Origin: Plasmodiophora brassicae
Lineage: Eukaryota
Length of the DNA stretch: 64,000 nucleotides
Reading direction: 5' to 3'
Assembly: GCA_036867785.1 (NCBI GenBank)
Contig: CP145409.1
Coordinates: forward strand, 1,736,001-1,800,000
Shown: positions 35,478 to 47,160 of the stretch, in pieces
Layout of the letters: the number at the start of each line of letters is the position of its first letter
Position numbering within the stretch: the first letter of the stretch is position 1
Notes under the pieces: generated by a model
Seen by the model: only the letters and a program-made list of their open reading frames with translations
Databases searched by the model: none
Told to the model about the DNA's origin: nothing
Program-made: the position numbers and the translations under genes

Positions 35478-38159
35478 ATGGCCGACGGCAAGGACATCGC
35501 CACGATCTTCGCCGACGACTTCGGCGCCCGCCCGGCCCGCAACGTGCCCAGCTGGCTGTCGACGCAGATGTTCTCGGCGCCGTCGTCCGACGACGGCCTG
35601 TTCGACGGCCTGTCGGGCATCTCGGCCCACAACTCTGACGAGGACGAGGACGACGACACGTCCGACGACGGCCTGGGCAGCGAACACGAGTTCCAGTCGG
35701 GGCAGTTCGTCCCCGTTTCCCAGCACAGTCGGCACCGTGCCAGTGACGACGATGACGACGACGACGACGACGACGACGACGATCAAGACGACAGCAAAGT
35801 CGACAGCGCGAAGGCGACCGCGCCGCCCCTTCCAGAGAAGGACCATGGGCCGCTGGTCGATCAGGCGTTGCGGAAGGAGGCGCTCGTGGACGCGTTCTGG
35901 GACAAGACCAGCGTCGACGCGACGCCCGGGGAAGTTGCCGCCGAGCTCGACGATCCGGTCGGCAGCGAAACGGTAGCGGCGGCGGCGGCGCCCGGCCCCG
36001 TCGTCGTCGACGAGCTGGCGAACTCGAACATCCCGATCGACGTGCAGACCGTGCACCTGCTCCTGGCCCTGCAATCGCAGTACGTCAAGCTGCTGCGCGT
36101 CGTCGACCGGACGTACATTCGGGTGGCGCGCGCGTCCCACGCCCTGTCGAGGAAGCCGCGCGTCCTCGGCGACAACGAGATGGAGGCCATCTTCCTGAAC
36201 TGGAGCGACCTGCTGGCGGCGGCGATCGACCTGAAGCGCGCCATGCGCACCACGCGTCAGGCGGCGGGCCTGGACCCGGCCGCCGCCCTGTCTGGCCTGC
36301 TGGGCCACGTGCAGGCCCACCTGGCGTACCTGCGCCTGTACACGATCTTCGCCAGCGAGCACGTGTTCTCGATGAAGTCGCTGGAGGCCGCCATCCGCCG
36401 CCGGGTCGCGTTCGTCGACCTCATCGAGCTGAACGAGGCGTCGGACGGCATCATGTTCAAGGCGATGCTGGACCGCCCGCTGCGCCACTTCCAGGACCTG
36501 CGCGTTGTCGTCCACCGGTTCGTCGCGCTGGCGCCGCCGGCCGACCCGCTCGTCGCGACCGCCGAGCGCCTGGTCGGCAACCTGGCCAGCGCCGAGGAGC
36601 AGGTCAACCGCGAGGCGCTGCTGTCGGAGGCGCGGTCGCGCGTCATCTCGATCCAGGAGAAGCTGTTCAGCGGCAAGGTCAACCTGGTCTACCCGGGGCG
36701 GTACTGTGTGCGGTACGGCCCCCTGCAGAAGCTGACGACGGCGAACAAGAAGGACGGCGGCAAGGTCTACACGTTCTTCATGTTCGACGACCTGATCGTC
36801 GGCGCCGAGGGGCGCACCGGGCAGATGCGCGTCAAGTACGTCCTGGACCTGCAGGACATCAAGGTCAGCGAGAGCGCCGGCGGCGGGTCGTTCCACGTCG
36901 AGTCGCCGATCAAGTCGCTGCTGCTGGCCGGGTCCAGCGACGCCATCACGCAGTCGTGGATCGCCGACATTGTCGCCCACTCCAAGGCGCTGTCGCAGCG
37001 TCGCGGCCAGCATGGCGTGCGGAACCCGTTCACGCTCGACGAGCTCGTGCGCAACGATGCGGTTCGCGCCAGGTCCACTGTCGACGCCAGCCTCGAGGAG
37101 AGCCGCGACGTCATGCAGGCCGTGAAGCGCGACTGTGTCGACTCGTCGAACGCGAACACGTTCATGACGAACGACGAGGTCGCGGCCGAGCACCTGCCGG
37201 AATCGATGGGCGACGCGAAACAGTTCGATTCGGTCAGTATGGACAAGGCGGCGCCGGCGGACGACGCGGTCAAGACGGCGCTGCTGAAGATCCATGTGAC
37301 CGCCGCCGAGGCGCCGGAGGCGTCGCCCAGGCAGCGGATGGTGTCGCCGACGTCGTCGGACGCGGAGGCGGCGCCGGCCAGCTCGTCGAGCATGAAGAAG
37401 GCGACGATGCTGATGGGCATGGGCACGTCCGGCATGCTGGTCGGGTCCGGCGCCATGCAAGGGTACCTGAAGATGAAGGGGTCGACGTTCATGCAGCTGC
37501 AGTCCATGTTCTTCATGGTGAACGCGGCGAAACGCGAGCTGTGCAGCTGGAAGCTGAAGGCGGACGCGCAGCGGTCGTCGTCGCACCCGAAGAAGTCGAT
37601 CCCGCTGAAGGACGTCGTCGTGTTCCCGAGCGAGTCGGGCGAGGACGCCGCCTTCGAGCTGTACCACGCCGAGGCGAAGCGCCCGTTCGTGTTCATCGCC
37701 ACCGACCCGGGCAACCGGGACGCCTGGTGCGAGGCGCTGGCCAAGTTCAGGCAGGCGGACAGGACGATGGAGAACTTCTTCGAGAAGCGCGGCGGCGACC
37801 AGGGCACGAAGCCCTGGCGCCTGCGCTACTTTGTCATGCTCGAGACGCGGCGCGTCATCCTGTACTTCAATCGACGCCAGGTAGGACGCATGGGCGTTCC
37901 CAAACCGGGCCGGTGCTCAGCGTGTTGCCAACAGGATGCGGCCGGCCTGGACTGGCAGCTGAACGCCAACGGGTCGATCGACCTGACCGAGTGCTCGGCG
38001 CGGGCCATCGACCGGGCCGAGGCGCTGGAGAAGATGGGCCGGGAGTTCATCATGGAGGTGATCCCGAACAACACCCGGCGCCGGTTCTACATGGCCGGCG
38101 ACACCCAGCAGCTCGTCGACGAATGGGTCGGGCAGATCAGGAGGGTCGCCAGCCGCTAA
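35478..38159 (+). CDS. Dbl-family DH-PH protein with two additional C-terminal PH domains (in-frame intron 37881-37934)
   Basis: Acidic N-terminus; DH-like EAIFLNWSDL..YLRLY; PH (FFMFDDLIV...SWIADI); PH2 (MQGYLKMK...DAWCEAL); PH3 (FEKRG..WRLRYF...EWVGQI). Confidence 0.8.
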   Translation: MADGKDIATIFADDFGARPARNVPSWLSTQMFSAPSSDDGLFDGLSGISAHNSDEDEDDDTSDDGLGSEHEFQSGQFVPVSQHSRHRASDDDDDDDDDDDDDQDDSKVDSAKATAPPLPEKDHGPLVDQALRKEALVDAFWDKTSVDATPGEVAAELDDPVGSETVAAAAAPGPVVVDELANSNIPIDVQTVHLLLALQSQYVKLLRVVDRTYIRVARASHALSRKPRVLGDNEMEAIFLNWSDLLAAAIDLKRAMRTTRQAAGLDPAAALSGLLGHVQAHLAYLRLYTIFASEHVFSMKSLEAAIRRRVAFVDLIELNEASDGIMFKAMLDRPLRHFQDLRVVVHRFVALAPPADPLVATAERLVGNLASAEEQVNREALLSEARSRVISIQEKLFSGKVNLVYPGRYCVRYGPLQKLTTANKKDGGKVYTFFMFDDLIVGAEGRTGQMRVKYVLDLQDIKVSESAGGGSFHVESPIKSLLLAGSSDAITQSWIADIVAHSKALSQRRGQHGVRNPFTLDELVRNDAVRARSTVDASLEESRDVMQAVKRDCVDSSNANTFMTNDEVAAEHLPESMGDAKQFDSVSMDKAAPADDAVKTALLKIHVTAAEAPEASPRQRMVSPTSSDAEAAPASSSSMKKATMLMGMGTSGMLVGSGAMQGYLKMKGSTFMQLQSMFFMVNAAKRELCSWKLKADAQRSSSHPKKSIPLKDVVVFPSESGEDAAFELYHAEAKRPFVFIATDPGNRDAWCEALAKFRQADRTMENFFEKRGGDQGTKPWRLRYFVMLETRRVILYFNRRQVGRMGVPKPGRCSACCQQDAAGLDWQLNANGSIDLTECSARAIDRAEALEKMGREFIMEVIPNNTRRRFYMAGDTQQLVDEWVGQIRRVASR

Positions 38160-38431
38160 ACGAACGCATACTACTATCCCCAAACACACTAAAATTAAGC
38201 GGATAATGCGCCTCATGTTCATTGTGACAGATAACGCGGTCGTGCGTGCCACCTCGCCCGGTACGCTGATGACGACTCGCGACCTTTGGAGTGGATGTGA
38301 CGCCATTGCAATGGTCGCCGGTCGACGACGTTACGTGCACAGCTGGCCTGCCGCGATAGGACGCCCCTCTGTGGTATCTCGATGATGGAACGCGCAGAGT
38401 CGATCACGGAAGGTACCCCAGGTCGAGGTAG

Positions 38432-39939
38432 ATGGCGCAATCATCACAGATCGTCGTTGGGCTGGTGCTGGCCGTCTTCGTCGCATGGCTACAAGGGCGG
38501 CCATCGACTGGCATTCTCCCTCTGCGCGTATGGCCGGGATCACATCCTGTCCCTACCTGGCGCATCAACTCCTCAACGTTCATGGCCGATGTCGAGGCCA
38601 AGTCGCAACCCGTCGTCCTACGCGACCTTCCATCAGTCGCGCCCTGGCCGGCGTTCACGAAATGGAACGATCGCCGATACCTGAGCCGACACCTCGACCA
38701 GGTGACGGTGCACGTCCCGCGGTCCCCCACCGTCCAATTGCATAGTCGGGTGCAACCCTTCGGCTCGTTGCCAGGGGTCATCTGGACCCGGCCCTGGACG
38801 CAACGAAACATCACAGTGGAGGAGTTCACCAGCGCCCGCAGGCATCTGTATTACGCCATGATTCCTGGACGAAACCTGCCTGTAGCGATGAAGCGAGACA
38901 TTGGTGGTCTTGCCGGACTCGTGAACCGGAACATCGTGGAGGTGAACGTTTGGCTGACCAAGGCGCCGGTATCAACGCCAACGCACTACGATGTCACTCA
39001 CAACGTAATGCGCAATGGCGTTGCACCTCGTCTTCACATGCACACGCGGACAGTACTGACGCTCCTTCCAGACATACGTACAAGTTTCAGGGAGGAAGCG
39101 TTTCATTCTGTTCCCTCCTGAGGTGCGGCCATCCTGTGCCCCGAAACGTCACTGCCGGTGCTGTTGGATGACAGCCTTGTGCAGAGTTACGCAGGCTTGT
39201 ACCTGTACCCGCGACTTCATCCCAGCACACGACAGTCGCAGGCTTCTTTCCGGCTCGACCCGTCTCGCGAGCGTGTTGCTCGGGTCGATACCGACATGTT
39301 CCCTAGTGCAGCGTCACTGCAGGCGTATGAGGTCGTGCTAGAACCAGGTGACGCCCTCTTCATCCCGTCATACTGGTCCGTTTCCGTTCAGCAGACTGTG
39401 ACGATGCCTCGGCCGAACGTTTGCGCAGGTTCCATCACGTCATGGCGGAAGGCGACGACGCCTCCGTTAGCTTGTCGGTGTGCTGGGAATCAACCGGCCT
39501 GAGGTCTCGGCAGGCTCTCTACGACGTCCCTGCCCCGCCAGTCCCACTCCACTGGCCGCCCGCTCGTCGCGTCGCCGTCCTTATTGGGTTTGTCAACGCT
39601 ATCGTCCCTCACGAGATCGACATCACTGCGCTCATCACGAACGTGCTCGCGACCCGGTACCTGCCGCTTGAATTCGACGATCAAGCCCCGGGTCTATGGG
39701 ACCAGATCAAACCCAGGCCCTCCTTGCCTTGCGAGTGTGGTCCGCCGATGCCCCGCTCCGTCCTATCGGTCAGCAACCGCGTCAACGGGGTCGCCTTTCC
39801 GTCCGCCGCGCAACGCCACATCGAGATCGCCAACTACATCGAGGACGTCGTCGGCGACGCCCTCGGCCCCGACCTCGTGGCCTCATTCCTCCAGCTCTTC
39901 GTCCGGCAGTCGAACAATCCCAACCCTTGCTGTCCATAA
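38432..39939 (+). CDS. JmjC/cupin-like 2-oxoglutarate Fe(II) oxygenase with N-terminal hydrophobic anchor, 3 introns
   Basis: QPVVLRD..WPAFTKW, TPTHYD..HN, YPRLHPSTRQSQ, LEPGDALFIPSYWFHHV. Confidence 0.85.
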
Positions 39940-39981
39940 ACAAAAGATCAAGTCTCATGCGCCGCTCCAGACGAAAGTTTC

Positions 39982-40195
39982 CTGGGATACAGTCCCCAGC
40001 TGCAGCTGCGGTCACTGGTTACAGTCGGCCGGCCTGCAGTTGCGGGCACTGGAGACAGTCGGCCCCCAGCTGCAGTTGCGGTCACTGGTTACAGTCGGCC
40101 TTGCAGTTGCGGCCACTGGATACAGTCGCCCCCACTTCCCCAGCTGCAGCTGCGGGGTAACTGGCCACAGTCAATCGGCCCTGCAGCTGCAGTTG
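39982..40195 (+). repeat. Degenerate minisatellite, about 6 units of 31-45 bp
   Basis: Recurring ACTG-N4-CAGTC...(C)TGCAG(T/C)TGCGG units. Confidence 0.8.
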
Positions 40196-40600
40196 AAAGT
40201 TGAGACGGGTGTTGTTCGCGCCAGGCGAGCGCTTTCCTCGGCCGCACGGAGTATGTAGGTAGGCGGAAGAAGGGTCCCACCTGATGTCGTCGACTACGGA
40301 CGGTGGCGTCCGCCTTCGCCGAGATGTCGTGCACGATCTGGATCGCGTGATACAGCGGTGTTTCAGCAAGGAAGGCGCTGAGGTGGGATGTGGCATTGCA
40401 GTGTCCCGTGCGCGATGTTGACCGCTTGGAGAAGGGGGCGAACCCGTCCTGGCCGAACGACTGGATGCTCGTTCTCTCACTCCTGCATCGGTATTCGTCG
40501 TACGCCGCCTTCTGCATGCCGCCTGTTATGCTGTACGCCTAGTTATGATCTGTTCAGATCGGGGATAACGCCGGCGATCATTCGGGCTGAGGCGCAGACG

Positions 40601-42109
40601 ATGGCGATGCAGACGGTCGCATCGACACAATGGGCACCGTTGCAAGACCTGAACGCGTCGCACGGCCTTCGCTGTCGTGTTCGTTTCGACGGTGTCCATT
40701 GTTCCGCTCCGCTCATCGTTGACGTTGCCAGCGTGGACGGGGACCACCATCGTCAGGCGTTCGTCCACAATCGGTTCCAAACTGCGGCTCGAAACTGGAC
40801 CGCCACGCGAACCGTCCTTCGTATCGGTGATGCGCGTCTCGCTGGCAAGCGAATCCTACCCACGCCTTTGATCGTCGAAGAAATTGCCATGTCGTCCGTC
40901 GCGCTCGAGGACAATGCTCTTATCGGCTGCGTTACGAAGCGTCGCGATGGGCGATCGGAAGGCAGAAATGGCACCTGCCTGGTGCTGACGACGTCGTCAT
41001 CGCAAGCCACATACTGGTTCGCATGGGGCGAACATGCCGACGTCATGCGATTGGTTCAAGTTGGCGACTGGTGCCTCGTGAAAGGCGTCGTACTGGATCC
41101 CAGAAGGTCGTCGTACGGCGAGATGGGCCTGGCCGGCGCGTCCGTTGTCGAATCGACCGATGCGACCATCGTGCAGATCATCATGGATCCTGACGCGGAC
41201 CTGATTTCTTCCCTACCAAGACACGAGCTGAAGGAACCCGGTATTGCCTTAACCCAGGCCATGTCGACGTCCCAGCATCCCGTCGACCTGTATATGGACG
41301 GCGTCGACCTGGACGGGCAGCGCCTAACGTTGGCCGAGATTTGCCATCGGGCGCGAGAAACGGACGCGCCTCTCGTCCACGTTTCGTTCGTCGCATCGAT
41401 AACCTCGATCGACAGGCAATTGAGGCAGGCCAGCGTCGAAGACGGGTCCGGCGTTGTCGTGAATGTCGTCCTGAACGAGTACCAGTGCCAGGCTTGGCAG
41501 CCAGGTAACTGATTCCGATGCTGGTTCGCAGGTCAGGTGGTGACTTGCGGCGGCTGTTCTCAGGTCAGACACTATTCGCGTGTCGTCTTCGATCGACGCT
41601 GTCGCCGCGATTGTTCGAATGTGCAAACGACCCGCTCGTCAACGTTTCGCTGGAGACCGGCCTGCTCGCCTCCACGTCTCTGTACACGCTGACCACGCTG
41701 CACGAACGACCTCGCCGTGCCGCCAGCATGTTCGTTGCGCTGGCAACGTTAGCCGAGGTGCGCCCTTCGCTGCCAGATCATCGCCTGCGTCTGACATGCG
41801 GCGCGCTAGATCCACGAGCCCATGGAATGCACCCCAGCGATGTGCCTGGCGGACGACGGGACCGACGCCGTCGAGATGGAGCTCTCCTGCCTGGCGTTCA
41901 CGACCGTTCTGTCCTGTTCGCTGCAAGCGTTCGTTCGCGCTGACCGAACGACACGTTCCCAGCTGATCCATGCCGCGCGACAAAAGCCTGTACTGGCCCT
42001 GGTCACCACGATCGACGCCGGGCGGCGCCTGCGGATTGAGCACACGAGGCCGCCCACCATGCACCAACTCATCAAGTCGTTCTACGATGGCCCCGAGCGC
42101 CTTGCGTAA
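40601..42109 (+). CDS. Hypothetical protein with probable multiple OB folds (2 introns)
   Basis: OB-like strand patterns WFAWGEHA..VQVGDWCLV, ASVEDGSGVVVNV..WQPGQ, LADDGTDAVEM; ORFs join through GT-AG introns. Confidence 0.5.
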
Positions 42110-42123
42110 TCAACTCATGTCGT

Positions 42124-45100
42124 TTAGGGCGACGACCGGGACGCTGCTGCTGCCGCCGTCGGCGTAGTCGTGACGTACGCCTCGTCGTTGATCTTGTTCG
42201 CGTACTGCTGGAACAACCGAATGACCTGCGTGAACGACGGGCGCTCCGCCGGGTCGGGCTCGAAGCATCGCTCGATGACCGGTTTCCAGGACGAGCAGCG
42301 CGTGCAATCGTCCGGTAGGCCCGGGCGTTTCCCGTCGGCGAAGAACTCGCGAATGTTCCTCACCTGGAAATCGTTCCAGGGCACCTGCGCGCTAGCCACG
42401 AAGACGGCGACGACGCCGAACGCGTACACGTCGGCGGCCATGGTGTCGGCGCCCTGGTCGCCTTCCGGCGCCTCCAGCAGCAGCCGCTCGGGAGGGTAGT
42501 ACGCGGCGGCGCCGACGAACGGGTACTGCTTGATCAGCGGTTCGACGCGTCGCGGCAGGCCCACGTCGAACAAGCGAACCATCGGGCGCTCCCGTACGGC
42601 GACGAACACGTCCTTCACACGCAGGCGGCCATGGATCACCGACGGCGTCCTGGTGTGAAGGTACTCCATCGTCTCCGCGATCTGCAACACGATCGACAGG
42701 CGCACGTCGTCGTCTGACGACGGGTTAGGGGCTCGGGCGCGCACGAGGTCGCTTGCACGTACCCAGGTCGGCGTGGCGCTCCCGAATGTAATCGTCGAGT
42801 CGGGCGTGGTTCGGTTGTCGTCGATGGATGACGGATCGCGTCACCGGATCGACGCCCAGCGGTCGCTCAATGCATCGGTGGCGCAGCGAGGCGTAGTACT
42901 GTCTCCCAGACGGCGGGTTAGCACATGTGATGCGACACGACGACGACGCGATCAGGCGACCGACCTGCATGTCGTCCTTGAACCAAGCCGCCGATTGCTC
43001 CTTCTGCGCGTCGTTGAAGAACGACGGTACTGGGTACCTGGTGACCTGGACGGGCGCCTCGAGCCACACGCCGGGCCAGTCGACGCGTCCGCCGATGGCC
43101 AACGAGTTCTCCTCCTCCTCCTTCTCCAGCTGCGCCTGCTCGGTCAACGCTGGGCCTGTCGCCACGTCGACCTCGTTGTCGCTCCCGTCGCTGTCCGCCT
43201 TCGTCGTCGGTGACGTCGCATCCGACCCTTGCGTTGTTTCCGCTTCCCCATCTGACTCGCTGTCATCAGGTGGAGCCTTCCCCTTCTTCTTCTTGGCCGA
43301 GGACGTCCTCGACGCCGCGCCGTCGTCGTCGTCGGCCTCGCTGGTGCCCTCGTCGATGTTGTCCAAGGTCGGGCTGGCGACGCTCGCCTTCCTCGGAGAC
43401 GACAGCGCCTTCGTCAACGTCGCTGTGCGTTTCTTCTTCCGCCTGCCCTTCTTCCGGCGACGTTTCGCCCCGGGCGCCGCCGCGTCGAACCGCACGATCT
43501 CGTCGCGGGCGCTGATCTCCTGGAACGCGCCCGGTTGCCGCTCCCCAGGCACGTCGCCGTCGTCGTCGTACACGGCCCCGGATCTGTACGCGGCCGCCTC
43601 GCTGCTGTTCTCGAACAGGAGCATGCCGGGGACCTTCATCATGTCGACGACAAAGTACGGGCCGTCGTCGTCGAACGCGATCTCGGTCCAGCAGAAGTCG
43701 CAGGGCCATGGGTCGTCGACGCGATCCCAACCGGACCCGGAGCTGGGCCTCGACACGATCCTGCAGGACAGGGCCGTGTCCGACCCGCCGACCTTCGCCA
43801 GCAGGTACTTGAAGACGACGCTGCGCGTGCGCCCGATGCCGTACCCGGGCAGGAGCGCGCCCAGCGCCAGCACGTCGCTCCCCAGCTGGTTGCGAACGCG
43901 CTCCTGCTGGCCGCGCGACAGCGCCGCCTTGTCGGCCAGCGCCGTCCCGCCCAGCTCGCTGGCAACGAACATCGCCAGGGCGGCCACACGCGCTTTCACG
44001 TTCGGGAACGACGACGACGTCAGCGCCTGAGCGCGGGCGATCGCCCTACGAAGGCGCGGGTCGCGCCTGGCGTCCAGCGCGACCAGGGCACCCTGGATCG
44101 TGCCGATCGGGAAGTCGCGAGGGTCGACGACCTTGCCCCAGGCGAACGACGACGGCACCGCCGACACCGGGACGACGTCCGACGCGAAGTAGAACCCGTC
44201 GACGACGCTCTCGTCGCCGTTCAGGTACCCGAGCGCCTGCAACTTCTCGATCGGCCCGCGTACTCGCCGCTGGAACACCTTCAGGCCCTCGCGTATCGCC
44301 CCGTTCAGCTCGGCGTCGCGTTCGGCGAACGCCCTGCTCCCGAACGTCAGACGGTGTTGTGGGAACGCGCGCCAGATCTGACCTGGCGGAATGGCCTTGC
44401 TCGCCGACAGCGTCGACGTCGGCGCCCTGCTCGACGAGGAAGCGCAGGACCTGGGCGTGGTGCTTCCTGGCGGCGGCGATCGCGGGCGTGTTCCCGTTCG
44501 TGTCGGGCAGGCAGATCGAGGCGCCGCTGTCGACCAGCATGCGGACGACGTCGGCGTGGCCGTGCATCGACGCCTTCATGACCGGGGTGTGCCCGCTGAC
44601 GCCCGACACGTCGACGGGCAGGTTGCTGGACATGATGCGGTTCAGCAGGAGGCGGACGATGTCGGCGTGGCCGCGCTTCGAGGCGGCCGCCAGCGGCGTG
44701 CCGCGCTTCACGTTCGGCATGTCGATGACGGCGCCCCGGGCGAGCAGCAGCGACACCATGTCGACCTCGCCGAACATGCAGGCGGCGATCAGCGGCGTGA
44801 ACTTCGTCGTCGTCGGGTAGTTGATCTGCGACCCGTACTCGAGCAGCGCCAGGATCAGGTCCATGTTCCGCATCTTGCAGGCCATGACCAGCGGCGTCTC
44901 GCCGTTCTGTTCGGCCCACGTCAGCCGCCGCCCTACGAGCGACTTGTGCACACGGTGCGGTACCCGATTCGGGAGCTCCAGCTCGGCGCCTTCCTTCAGC
45001 AGCAGGTTGATGAAGTCCATGTTGCCGATGGAGCACGCCAGCGTCAGCGGCGTGTGGTCCCCGTCGGTCGGGTAGTTGATCTTGGCGCTGTTCGCCAGCA

Positions 45101-47063
45101 GCATCTTGACGAGCTTCATGTTCTGCTCGCGGATCGCGGTCAGCAGCGGCGTGTTGCCGTTCTTGGACCGGAAGTTCACGTCGGCCCCCTTCTGCAGCAG
45201 CAGCTCGATCAGGCGCGTGTGGTCCCGTTCGATCACGGCGATCAGCGGCGTGTCCCCGTTCTGCAGACGGCCGATCAGCGCGGCACTGCTTCGTCCCAAG
45301 GCAAGCCACGTCGACGTACCGCGCCCGGCGTGTGGATCAGCTCGCCGTAATCCTTCGCACAGATCAACAGGTACCGGACCATGTCCTCGAAGCCCTTCTC
45401 GCACGCCACGTGGAACGGCGAGTACCCTTCCTGTCCCCGAACGTTACCGTCTGGTCAAGGTCTTAACGCACACGCGGCGGTCCCCAACCTTGTGGAGGAA
45501 CATCCGGTTGACTTTCGTCTGGCCCCACTTGTTCAGGACGACCATCAGCGGCGTTAACCCTTTCTGGGGGAGGGGGTGGGCGCGCGGTCAGCCCAATGCG
45601 ATCAGGACGCGATGTGTCGACCCCCTTCGTACGTTGTCGCGGATGCGGGCGCATTCGGGCGCGACCTTGCAGATGTACTCGCAGACCTCCTGGTTCCATT
45701 CGCGCGCCGCCATGTGCATCGCCGTGAACCCCATCTCGTTCTTCAGGCACGGGTCGGCCTTGGCGGCCTCGATCAGGTACCGGAGGACGGCCTGCTGGTT
45801 CCAGATCGCCGCGACGATGACAGGCGTGTCGCCGTTCGCGTTCCTGGTGGACCCATTCGTTAACGGGACCGGGGGACACGACAAATACCGCCTGCACGCG
45901 CGGCACCACCCACCGAACGTTGACGTCGCAACGGCCCTTCTCGAACAGGAACTTGCAGATCTCTGCCTGGCCTGAGAAGGCGGCACAGTGGACGGGCGTG
46001 TCACCGCTGACGTTCTTCGGGTTCGGGTCCACCTGTCGTCGTGTTGACGGGCGCTGGTTTCGTGACAACAACAACGACAACGTGGGTGACCTGGGCGCCA
46101 TCGATCAGGTACTGCGTGGTCTCCAGGTGCCCGTTCGTCACCGCCAGATGCAACGGCGTGCACCCGTCCAGGCTCGCCGCGTTCGGGTCCACATGGCACT
46201 GCTTCACCAGGTACCTGGCGACCTCTGTGTGCCCATGCGCGCACGCCAAATGCAATGGCGTTCTGCGGGTGGTGTGTGCGTTCAGCCATCGTTAATGCTG
46301 GGACCTGCTCGATCCTCACCGCTTCCAGCGGTTGACCGACGCTGGGTTCAGTTTCGCTGTACCGCACAGGTAGACGAGGACGCTGAGGTGGCCGCGTGAC
46401 GCCGCGTGATGGGCGGCCGTGTTCCAGAACTGATCCTCGCAATGCGGGTCGACGCCCGCCTCCTCGTCCAGGAACTTGATCACGTCCAGGTGCCCACCGA
46501 ACGCTGCCAGATGGAACGCTGTATAGCTCCTCTGCAAACGATTGTCACGTTGCTGCCCTGCCAGTCGGATACGAAACAGCAGACCGCGTTACGAAGCGTC
46601 GGGTCAGGGTCGTACCGCTGCTGGAAGTATTTGACGATTTCGTAATGGCCTCTGGCGCACGCCAAATGGAACGGCGTGTTGCCATCCTGTCGAGGGTCAG
46701 CGGACCACAGCGCTGCCAGCACAGCGTATCGACCACCTTATCGACTGTAGCGATGCTGGCCTGCGCTTCTTCACAGAGGACCTTGCAGATGTCCAGGTAC
46801 CCGAGCTCAGCCGCCTGATGGATTGGCGTGCGATGCGACCCACGATGGCGCTGGTTCCCGAGGTTAAGACGCATCACACCGGGGGACGACACAACGAAGG
46901 GTACCTCTTGATGGTTTGCGTTCACGTTCTTGATAGCGAGTTCGCGCACACGCTCGAGTTCGCCTTTGCTGACGGCCTCGAACAGCAACCGGGTCGGAAG
47001 GACGACCTCGGTCTCGCTCGCCTTCTTTATGGCGCGGGCCGCCACCGCCCGTGCCGCCTCCAT
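42124..47063 (-). CDS. Large ankyrin-repeat + EDR1-like domain + TKL-type pseudokinase protein
   Basis: Many ankyrin repeats (GNTPFHLAC, GCTPLHLAV, GDTPLIA); intron 44334-44382 joins them in frame to DGFY...FVASELGG...RSVVFKYL..SCRIV...VVDMMKVPG; a further intron joins a kinase C-lobe (QIAETMEYLH, ADVYAFG, RCFEPDPAERPSF). Confidence 0.8.
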
Positions 47064-47160
47064 GCTCGAACTGGATCCCGACGCTCACAAATATCCCATT
47101 CAGATCCTCGTACCTGGTGCGAATCGGTTTATTCACCGATATAAGGATAGAGAAGAGTTA

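Noticed and set aside
35745-35790. (GAC)n microsatellite
   Set aside because: It simply encodes a poly-Asp tract within the DH-PH protein
35439-37667. 742-aa minus-strand ORF
   Set aside because: Antisense shadow of the DH-PH gene caused by high GC3 codon bias
39982-40195. Possible CRISPR-like array
   Set aside because: Eukaryotic context, degenerate repeats, no unique spacers of constant length and no cas genes
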